A DNA stretch of 54,565 nucleotides, counting the filler, from Perkinsus olseni (taxonomy: Eukaryota), in assembly GCA_013115125.1 (NCBI GenBank). It is 2 parts of 2 records of this genome, joined end to end, with 100 filler letters (N's around TTAATTAATTAA, not from the genome) between each part and the next. Parts side by side here need not be neighbours in the genome. Positions count along the whole stretch, not along the records: positions 1 to 27,271 come from JABANN010000469.1; 1 more part is not named here. One strand, written 5' to 3'. Shown here in pieces: positions 1-9,540 of the stretch. The position numbers and the translations under genes are program-made. Under the pieces are notes generated by a model. It ran no database searches. It saw only the letters and a list, made by a program, of their open reading frames with translations, and had not been told where the DNA came from. Each line of letters starts with the position of its first letter. Within the stretch, counting starts at the first letter, position 1.

Positions 1-945
1 TGGTGGCTGATGATGGACAAAGCCGCTGTGCGCTCTCGGATCCACGGCGTAATACCCGTCCTCGATGTAAGGCTGATCATAGTGAGCCCCATAAGGTCCC
101 CCAAAGGTAGCACCAACGCGTTGCTGCTGCTGCAGCTGCGTAGTAGTAGCATAGGCATACCTATCAGCATGAAGTGGCTCAGTCACGCCGCGCCCAGTGG
201 CCGATCCACTGCTGCACTCGCTGTCCGCCAGAGTAGAGGCGTCACCACTGTTCTGTCGACGTGTAGCCAGCCCTGCATCAGACTTAGAACTAGGTTCGTT
301 AGTATCAGAGAAGCTCTTCGATGACATCGGGGATGCCGACTTAGCGGACTTCAATGATCGCCAGGTCGGCCTGCCTGCCCACCGTGGCTGCGGCAGCATT
401 GGAGCCTTATATCGAGCGTAGGGACCATTGAACTGCGGCGGAGCGACGCCAACAGCAGGAGCGGGTGCCCCAACTGAGGCTGTGCCAGCCTTCTTTGAAG
501 CGGCTTGCTCATCAGCAACGAGCTTGCGGTAGTCTGTGGGGTTATCGCCGAACATAGCATCTTCCTCTCGCTTCGAGGGGCGCCTGACTACACCTAGCTC
601 AACCAGAGCCCTCAAGGCAGCAGCATTCTGAGCATTGGTCCGGTCTCGGAACCAGTTCTGAGAGTTGGGGACCACCATGGCGTTGGAGCGTCCGGGGAGG
701 CGCAGGATGACCGTGGCAGTGACTTCACCCCTGTCCATCCGATAGCGATAGGAGCACATATCCCTGGGTCGATCATGGGAGTCCCTCGACCAGGCCTCCG
801 AGCAAAATTCGAAAAGGCGGGTCGCAGCGCGACGGCCCACCTCGAGGGGCGACTCAAGATTGCTTGCTGCATCGCTGGAACCGGCACCGATAGTTTTAAT
901 TTCAGTAAGAGCAGATGGAGAGGCAACAAGAGTGGCGCGAGCCAT
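1..945 (-). CDS. dsRBD-like domain protein, apparently intronless, 3' end runs off the window
   Basis: Uninterrupted frame from ATG 945 to base 1 (MARATLVASP...). It contains AATRLFEFCSE...SYRYRM..EVTATVILRL...WFRDRTNAQNAAALRALVEL, matching the alpha-beta-beta-beta-alpha dsRBD pattern, followed by a S/Q/Y/G-rich low-complexity tail. Absent from the ORF track because it has no stop in the window. Confidence 0.6.
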   Translation of the reverse strand, partial: MARATLVASPSALTEIKTIGAGSSDAASNLESPLEVGRRAATRLFEFCSEAWSRDSHDRPRDMCSYRYRMDRGEVTATVILRLPGRSNAMVVPNSQNWFRDRTNAQNAAALRALVELGVVRRPSKREEDAMFGDNPTDYRKLVADEQAASKKAGTASVGAPAPAVGVAPPQFNGPYARYKAPMLPQPRWAGRPTWRSLKSAKSASPMSSKSFSDTNEPSSKSDAGLATRRQNSGDASTLADSECSSGSATGRGVTEPLHADRYAYATTTQLQQQQRVGATFGGPYGAHYDQPYIEDGYYAVDPRAHSGFVHHQPP

Positions 946-1238
946 AGCAAAAAAGTAGATAAATGGTAATCGCCTAAGCAAGACTACATCAGACTACCAC
1001 TCACCATTCCCTTGAACCATCTCACCCCTCAACCCAGAGACGCCTGCGTGCTTCAACGCGCTCAGTCAGCAGCAATTTCATGTAAAAAGCGCGCGCCCCG
1101 CCCAGTTGCACGCCTGCACGTCTTTCTGCGGCGGCGAAGTATTTGAAAGTAGTCGGCTGTCCGGATGGGGCCTGAGGCGTCGGATGACGTGTCCGATCGA
1201 TCTTCGCTTGTTAGTAGTTACTTCCGGGCTGTTTTACT

Positions 1239-2101
1239 ATGTACGTAGAGCCCTTCCGGTCGCCGTCAGGGGAATCTTTGGAGACGATCTTGGAGGGAGC
1301 GCGGAGACGGGCCTCCAGTTTCGGCAATGACTTGTTGGTGCAATCTCCGTTGAAGCCTGCAGTGCCTCGCGATGGTCTACTGTCACTATCGGAGCCAGGG
1401 AACGAGAAGTGCACGGTACTTCGAAAGGTGAGTGGAAAATGCTCAAGTCAGAACTTCAGTGCGTGTCATCGCGAATCGAACACATTGCGACCAGCAGTGG
1501 CGGTTGGTGACGCTGCTGTTGGCCCGAACACTATCGCAGCTCTACGTGGTGTCAACTCAGTGGCTCAGGTCCATTATGGATTGAACGTCATATTACTGTT
1601 ATCAATCATTGGCTATCTCTGCATAATTTGGTTGCACGACCGCTCTATGCGGAATCAAATCATCCCCCACGTCCGGGAGTTCGAAGATGTCACTGCTTCG
1701 GTAACCTCCCTCAAGGCTCGGGATGCTCAACTGCAGCTGGAGATCGAGGTAACATCCATTCGCTTCCTCTCTCCGCGGCTGCATTTCGCATCTCACTGGC
1801 ATCGGTCAGCTCAAACTCATCGTGTCTGCTCGTGGACTCGAGTCCAACTCAGCCGGTAACCGTATTTGACTCTTAACCGACACTCGCAGTGATCTGGTAT
1901 ATGTCGGCGATGACGAAGTGCAGAGCGGGTGTGGATGTGCTTTTTCGTCCTTGTCAGAGAGACAGGCAAGAAGAAGTTCGCATCCGAGCAGCTCTTGATG
2001 CCTACCAGAAGGAGTATGAAGGTGCCTTGCAGCCATTGCAACAACAGGAGGCTGCTCTACGGGCCCAGCTCAAGGCGATGAAGAGATACCACACAGAGTA
2101 G
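1239..2101 (+). CDS. Hypothetical multi-exon single-TM plus coiled-coil protein
   Basis: MYVEPFRSPS start, hydrophobic helix GLNVILLLSIIGYLCIIWL, heptad-rich last exon (RDRQEEVRIRAALDAYQKEY...LRAQLKAM), short GT-AG introns. Confidence 0.5.
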
Positions 2102-2228
2102 CCACGGGTAGCATGGGCTAGTCTAATGCTGCATGACGACGTGGTGTTATGGTTGTTGTAAATTCCCGCAGCAGTTGCTCTGCGTTCGTCAATTAGAAGC
2201 CGTAAGTTGGGGGTTCTGGGCAGTTATA

Positions 2229-2789
2229 ATGACTTCTTCCGCTCTGTCACCCTCGATACGAGGATCCAAGGTCCGGTCGGCAGAGGTCTCCAATACTAAG
2301 CATTTCTCGGTAGCGCTTTAGCCGGTCGCATTGCGGTTGTCACCCGACGCCCTGTTCGAGTAGGTGCAGAGTTTCATCACCACGATAGTCTTACTGGTCG
2401 GCCTACTGTGCTGCAAGCACTTGGGTGACGGTCATCTACTGGAGCTGGAACGCCTACTGCATACGCGGATCATGGCCAAGCATGACATGCGCATGATTGA
2501 GCATCAACAGAGAACTCGATTGACGAGAACTCAGAACATTGCTCGGGTAGGCTCCGTCCTTTTCCCCTCTCCAGAACTCTTGAGAAGCTGGTCTCTGCAG
2601 GGCCATCGAGACCGTGTGGTCAACTTGATGCATCGGTTGGACATCGCCCCTCGACAGTACAACGAGAGAAAGGAGAGGAAGCAGACCCAGATCGACCAGC
2701 TGCAGGCTCAAATGCAGCATCTCGGAGGTGAGCCTCGACGGCGTGTAGACTATCAGGTATGGATCAGCCCCCAGGTAACTCCATGGTAA
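2229..2789 (+). CDS. Hypothetical single-TM plus coiled-coil protein, probable paralogue of 1239-2101
   Basis: ATG 2229, GT-AG intron to 2364, TM helix FITTIVLLVGLLCC, C-terminal LDIAPRQY...QTQIDQLQAQM aligning with the upstream gene. Confidence 0.45.
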
Positions 2790-2888
2790 ATTGACGACTG
2801 TTGTTTGCAGTGACAACTGTTGTTGATAACACTACTGTTTAGTTCAGTAAGTGATATCACGGTATCAGTCGACTATTTTCCCTCTTCA

Positions 2889-3912
2889 ATGAGTCGTCCG
2901 TCCAATCCTTTCGCCCAAGGCTTCCGTCGTGTAGACCTCGAAGGGGGTAGGCCGCGAGACGTCGCCCTCCCGGCGTTGATTGGGTGCGAACAGGCGCACA
3001 ACAAGTGGTCAGCACCGTGGCCGCATGGAAGGCTCAGGCATCCCAGATGTCAATGACGATGGACATAATCTTTTTCTCAGCCGCTTGCTGTGTCGTCGCC
3101 GCCAGTGTCATCTCGACCATCGAAGTAAACACCCTCGCCGCCGGCAACCGAGCTTCGAGTATCGTCATAGGTGTTCCTGACCGAGATAGCTCCATTCGAC
3201 CTCGTCGACTGCATCTACCTCCTTCTTTTCGGAACCAAAATGATGTTCCTCGACGCCCCAGTGCGGTTCAAGGGCATCGTGCAGGTCCAGGTGAGGGCAG
3301 CGAGCGAACGACTACTCCCCAGTGTGCATGCCAGGCCTTCATCGTCAAATACTTCGCTTTTCTGACTCGCTTCACCGGTAGAGGCATCTGGTACATCTTT
3401 CTTGGTACGATGACGTTCGCCACACTTTGGGACAATCAAATTTGGTATGCACTTCACGCAGCCGTCCGCGCTCGCTATCACCGCGTGCAGGTACCTTGGC
3501 GCAGTTCTCCTCGGCTTCTACGTATTCCTCATCGGAGTCTTCGCCACCGTCATGGGAGCTATGAAGTCACGAAAGCTCGATCGAGTACGGTCTCCTACTA
3601 CAGCCCGAGCACCTCAACATGCCAGGTCAGACAGCAAATTCGGCGGCAGAATGCCAACAGCGAACAGATGTTCAACTCCTACGCCAGATCAAGCCCCCAA
3701 GAGGGGATGACCGCTGAGGAATTCGACCTCCTCAGTGGTACTCTTGAGTGTCTCGAGGAGTGGTCATGGGCCCTTCAGGTCAAGTCGCTGGCATATCCTT
3801 CCGACCTGACGAGCTCACCTTCGTTCTCAACGCACTGTGCAATGAAGGCCGTCTGGGGATAAGCCAACGTGACTTCTGCGGCTGGGTAGCCGGACCTGCA
3901 ATTCTGCTGTGA
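2889..3912 (+). CDS. COPI-associated / TVP15-like Golgi membrane protein (about 7 exons)
   Basis: Spliced translation has four hydrophobic helices and the family motif YFAFLTRFTGRGIWYIFLG, with a soluble C-terminal tail ending GWVAGPAILL* at 3910-3912. Confidence 0.75.
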
Positions 3913-4252
3913 TAAAGTTGGCGCTTCTCATGTTTCCCGACTAAAGTGTTCACATGCCATTAACCAGAGTATTGAGTTACCTATACCGCAAAGACGTGCG
4001 GGCAAGTATGTAACCTTCACAGGATACTAAACAATCAGTTGCGTTCGGAGCACAAAATCTGCGCGCCCCAATTCTCCACCGACAGCAACAATGAAATCAT
4101 GGCGTGCATTATCCGATACACGGACGGAGCAATTAACCTCCCTTTCTGCCCACCGTTGTGAACTACAACACAAGAGACTGTTAAATCGGAAAGAAGCTAT
4201 CTTCCCAGACCATCATCCATCGGCCTTCATTCCAGCTAAGAGTATCAGCTTT

Positions 4253-5026
4253 TTAGAAGAGACGGAACTGCTTCTTGGCGGTACCGAAGATCTGGTTCTT
4301 CTCGAGCTTCAACACGTTGAAACGCACGGTCTTGCTAAGAGGACGGCACTGACCGCAGGTCACGATATCACCTTCCTTGGCCTCGAAGCAGGGACTGAAA
4401 ACATACAATACTACACTCAGTACTTCCCATACACTCAAACGGCTACGAGCCTACAGAAGCGTTGTGTGATGTATCCCGAGTACTACCTGCAATGCACGGC
4501 GGTGTTGCTGTGCCTCTTCTCGAAACGGTTGTACTTCTTGATGTAATGAAGATAATGGCGACGAACAACAATAGTCCTCTCCATCTTGTTGGAGATCACC
4601 ATACCGCGGAAGATACGGCCGCGGATGCTGACGTTGCCGGTGAAGGGGCACTTCTTGTCGATGTAAGTTCCCTCAATGGCCTCCTTAGGGGTCTGGAAAC
4701 CAAGACCGACGTTCTTGAACCAGCGAAGACCCTTCTTGGTCTTGAGGGCCCTCTTGTTTCCGAGGAAGACAGCGTCCTGCTTCTGGAAAGCCTTCTCGTG
4801 CTGAAAGAGAGATCACCATTAATACGCTCATCATCCAGCAACGAGGCATTATACGAGGCATTCACTTCCGATCCTTACGGTAATTCTATCATCGACCAAT
4901 AACACCGGTAAAATACACACAGAATTACGGCGAATTCACAAAGACTCTAGCGGAGGGTCACACGAAGACAACAGCAGTAACAGGCAATCCACCACAATGC
5001 TACCCGACTAGTACCTGATCGGCCAT
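4253..5026 (-). CDS. RPS11: 40S ribosomal protein S11 (uS17), 3 exons (5026-5015, 4800-~4488, ~4394-4253)
   Basis: [12 protein letters not shown]...[32 protein letters not shown]...[10 protein letters not shown]...SPCF...[16 protein letters not shown], the canonical eukaryotic S11 sequence. Confidence 0.97.
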
Positions 5027-5084
5027 GATGAGGCGTGGATGGATGTCGATGGGGTCTAGACGGGCGCAAGTAGCTGGCCGGAGA

Positions 5085-5108
5085 CAAATCGATCACGTGA
5101 TCGATTTG
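5085..5108. promoter_or_regulatory. Perfect 24-bp palindrome centred on CACGTG, upstream of RPS11
   Basis: CAAATCGATCAC|GTGATCGATTTG, about 60 nt upstream of the RPS11 ATG and followed by GCGCGCGCCC. The palindrome is directly visible; a regulatory role is inferred from position. Confidence 0.5.
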
Positions 5109-5325
5109 CGCGCGCCCTCAGGATAGATGCTCCGTCGCACCCTCCACGACTGCCCAAGTGTCTTGATAGCGTGTCATGTGAACCAGAGCGTAGCCAAGCA
5201 ATACTCAGAACTCAACACTGGGCGTATTAACGACATGATGATCCATAACGTGGATTGTCATACTTGCAAAGGTCAGAGGAAGGCCTCTTCAAAAGTCTCA
5301 TTCAAGACAGTCCCCATAGGGGATA

Positions 5326-7501
5326 TCACATGCCCAGCTCAGGTGAGTCCGTAACGGAGCGAGGGGTCGCCATGTAGTGGCCTTTGGAGAAGCCACGATT
5401 CCTCAACGCCTTTCCGATAGCGTGGACCTCGAAACCGGTCTGGATCAAACTGAAAGAAGGATACCATCCCTCCACCTGTTCGCAGCTGTTCTTGCTCACT
5501 TCTGGTGGTTGAGTATGTTTCTGCCGTCAAAAATAAATGCAGGTTTGATCATAGTCTTGAAGTACTCCTCGTAAGGGAGGTCCTTTAACCTGTGCCGCGA
5601 CCATTGCTGATCATCAGTCGGCCTGTGATTGGTGGCCCTAGTACATGTCCCATTCAGTGAGCACAACAATCGCATGGGAGTCCCTAGCAGCACTGGATGG
5701 ATCAGCAGCAGTCACGAACTGCTTGTCGAAGTCGAAGGACATGTCGTGGTCCGAAAACTCAAGCAAGGCCTGACAACAGCAGTAGCGTCTCCACAGCAGC
5801 CACGGGCCATCACCTGCTCTCGAGTGACCTGGGGGTCGTAGACATGCAGTACCGCTCCATCGTGCATCAGCTGGGCACACACGGACAGGGCAGCCGTCTC
5901 GCGAGTGTCGCCAGTGTCCTGTCGTGGAGCGGTTGACAAAGCTGTGATGCTGGAATTCGCCGGACTCACCTTCTTGAAGGCGAAGCCAAGAATGCAGATC
6001 TTTTTTCCCTGCACGGTGTTGAACATGGAATTGATGATCGTTTGAACCTGCCAGCCACGACTCAGTGATGAGAGAACGCTCCGACTCACAAAGTGGGTCT
6101 TCTGAAGGTCGTTCATCTCGACTACTTGTCGCCAGTATCTTGCCACCTCGGGGAGGTTGAACTGCTCACAAAGATACCTGCCTTGCCGATCTCTCAAAGG
6201 CGGAGGAACAAACAGCCATGCCCACACTAAGTTGAGGATGTCCTTCTGGAAGCACGATCCTCCAAACCCGACCGAGGCATTGAGGAACTTCGGTCCGATG
6301 CGGGAGTCAGTGCCTGACGGTGAGCATAGCCGGACGATGGCGGCCAGGCCTGTGGCAGCGACCTATGGCATGAGCGACTTCGTTCACATCAGCCCCCGTC
6401 TTCTCACACAGCATAGATATCGCGTTAATACCTGCCATTACGTAACTCCTACGACCGCTATTTACGCAGCGAGTAGGCTACTTGAGACCCTCTGGGCAAG
6501 GAAAGCGTTAGCGACCAGCTTGGAGAGCTCGCTGGACCACAGGTTGGTGGTGATGATCCGCTCACGCGGCACCCAACAGGCGTAGACTCCCACTATCGCG
6601 TCGATGGCAAAGCGGCCATCAGTGTTCTGGGGACCGCCAATGAGGACCTGCAGAGAGAGTGAAGCCAGAACTCAGGGTCGTTCTCGTCTTACCCGGTCAG
6701 GATTGGCGAGGTCCGACATAGCTGTCCCCTCGGCAAGGAACTCTGGGTTGCTCAGTATGACATACTTTTGCGAGGTGCCTTGGCCGTCCAGGACCCTCTG
6801 CAGCGCATCAGCCGTTCTTACTGGCACCTGCTCCGCGTTGGTGTCTCGTAATGGCGGTCAGGACCCTACCGTGCTCTTCTCGATGATAATCTTAGGTCCC
6901 CTCGAGTGAGCTGCTATCGTCCTGCCAGCTCCCTCCCACGGTGCTAGATTCGCCGCTCGTCCCGCCCCTTGGCCTTGCTTCCTGCCCACATCAGTGGTGC
7001 AACCCGACGGCATTGGCCACCAGCCTACTTTGTCGGAGTGTTCACTGATACGAATATAATATCGCAGTCGGCGATGGCAGCAGCAACGTTGGTCGAAAAG
7101 TGCAGATTGCGACCGCGGCATTCCTTAACGATCTAACACAAGCAGAAGACCTCCGAACCCAACAGGGGAAGACCAGCGCTACCTCAGCCAGACCGGGCTC
7201 GTAGATGGGCAGACGGTCGGAGTTCCAGGCGGAAATGCGAGACTCCGAAAGATCAACCACGCACACCTGAGAACTGTGTGCTGCATAGGGGTGTGGAGGG
7301 CCTAGTACCTGTATGTGGGGGCACTTGTGAGCTATCATGGCCATCGTCGGCCCGCCCACGTAGCCTGCTCCGATGCAGCAGATGCGCGTCGTGCAGATGT
7401 CGCGGATCGGGGAGTCCCTGCAGAGGGAAGGATTATACTTCTGGCTCGAATGGGAAGGGACCTCACACAGCCCTCACGTCGACCTCGGGAACCTTTGTCA
7501 T
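5326..7501 (-). CDS. UGDH: UDP-glucose 6-dehydrogenase, many short introns
   Basis: [23 protein letters not shown] (Rossmann fold), [60 protein letters not shown] (catalytic Cys), [16 protein letters not shown]. Confidence 0.96.
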
Positions 7502-7644
7502 GATAGTAGCAAGCAAAGAATCGATGGTAGCACTGCAGAGCACCCCGGTGGTGGACGGGTGACGAACACAAGATCAAGTAGGAGAAGCTGAAACGCGTTA
7601 ATTAGTTCGAACCCGGCAGAGTTTCCATTAAAAAGTTGCAATGG

Positions 7645-9452
7645 TTATATAACATACTGAGGCCATGATAATAGATGATGCTCGACAACAACTTCAACAG
7701 CCAACCTACGGCAACTTGTAGTGACCATCGTCATGAGGATGATTCGGCGGCCTGAACTGAGAGATGAGCTGCCCTCCCCCGTCGTAAGCCAGTACCGTAG
7801 TTGCTGTTGATGATGATATCTGCCAGACGAGTCTGGCTTGGGCAAAGTTAAGGACCCCGGCGGGTACCATCCCGACAGCATCTCGTAAGCCCTTCGTAGT
7901 GCGTGTAGGGCAAAGGGCTGAGAGCGGCGGTGGCGATGAGGAGGTCGATGATAGCGGGAGAGAGCCACTACGTTGAACACTAGACAGTTGCCGATCGGGT
8001 CCTGAAATGCTGCGGGTGGGACGAGTAACGGCGCTGGCCGAGGAGATGAGCGAGTAGAGCTGGGAGGGCAGCGGACACCTGATAATCCCAGTACTACTAT
8101 CCCGCGCAGGTTCGATCCCCGCAACCTACTTTCGGCACAACTGCTCCTATTAGTACTACTGCCATCATTAGTGCATATGCTGTCTGTATTGGAGGCCCCA
8201 TCGGCTTCCAGCCTCTCTCGCGCTATGCTCAGCAACACATCCAACGCCCGATAATGATTCCGAGCAGTCGACAGCAGCGGAGCAATGGACGCTGACTCTG
8301 ACAAAGCAACGCTGCCATCTTCGGGCCCAAAACTCTGTACTCTTGTTCTGGCTGCCTTTGAGCTTGTGAGCGTAGACTCTCGCCACGATCCAGCTCCTTG
8401 GTACCTGGTGGCAGCATTTTCAGAGGCCACCGACCTCTACGATTCTACAAAGTTGCGGTATGTCTCCTCGGCCAAGTACACAGGACCATCACCACACGCA
8501 TAATTAACTGCTGCCATGAAGAGATGAGCTTCACCAGAGCTACGGAAGTAGCATAGCAGTCGGCCTGCCCCTTGTGCTTCAGGAGGGATATACACCGACT
8601 GAAGTGGACACTGAGCGATATGAGCAGGCTACTGCGTGGGAGCCTACCCTCGAAAAGCGGCTGATGGTAGCATGAACCTCCTCTCGGGAGGACTGTGGTG
8701 GCAAGTTCTTAAGGCAGATGGCCACAGCCACTCGAGTGTCGGACAGCTGACCATTGGTAGTTGTAAAGGGGAGCATGCCCTCGTACGAGTATATCTACAA
8801 GCGGCCATGCCCCTCAGCACAAAGCACCCTCGCTCACCCGGCGGTCGTCAACAGTATGCAACTCACGCCTGTTAGACGCCAGGGTCGCGATGACCTGCTC
8901 CGACACTGTGAAGGCGACCAACCCCAAGGCTGACCCCACCTGCCCATCACGAGCATTTCCCCTTGACCCAGCCACCACTGGACGACTCTGATGCATGGCT
9001 GCCACCGACATCAGAGCAGCATCACGGTGATTGAATAAGCATACTAGAGAGCCGGGAGGGTCACACAGTTCGACCTGGGCGGAGAAGTCATCACCACCGC
9101 GACACCCCACTCCTACTACCTTCGTTATCGGGCCGTACGTACCCAACCAATTGGAATAAAATTCCACAGCAATCGCTTCCAACGCCTCCAGATCCGATAC
9201 CCCTCCAGTGTTCGCGGGGGAAGGCATGTTGGTCAGCAGGACCGTCCGGCTGAGCTCCTCCGCTTCGGCATAGGTGAGGACCTGTATCCCTTTACCGTTG
9301 GTGGTCATCGGGGTGAAGTCCGTGGCCATGAGCATGACCGATCGGGGAGGTCTACGGTGAGAGGTCGTCTTCCGTCTGCTACTTCCCTTGCCGAACTGAG
9401 TGGTAGGAGGCAGACAGGTGGCATAATGAAAGGGTTGATAGTGAGAAGTCAT
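7645..9452 (-). CDS. Multi-exon protein with two degenerate RRM-like domains
   Basis: SRTVLLTNMP...YGPITK...LVCLFNHRDAA and AICLKNLPPQSSREEVHATISRF...LLCYFRSSGEA resemble RNP2/RNP1-type RRM segments. Joining of the downstream exons is uncertain. Confidence 0.45.
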
Positions 9453-9540
9453 ATGGTACTAAGCAGCAAAGTCCACACGTCCAAACAACACAACCACGAC
9501 ACCGAGAAAATGGTGCTTATAAATGTACGAACAAGTGTTT

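Noticed and set aside
4801-5014. 214-nt RPS11 intron 1 as a box C/D snoRNA host
   Set aside because: ATGATGA occurs near the 3' end on the sense strand but no CTGA follows it, and there is no terminal stem.
8106-8122. GCAGGTTCGATCCCCGC T-arm/B-box look-alike
   Set aside because: No A-box or D-arm at the right distance; overlaps a minus-strand ORF.
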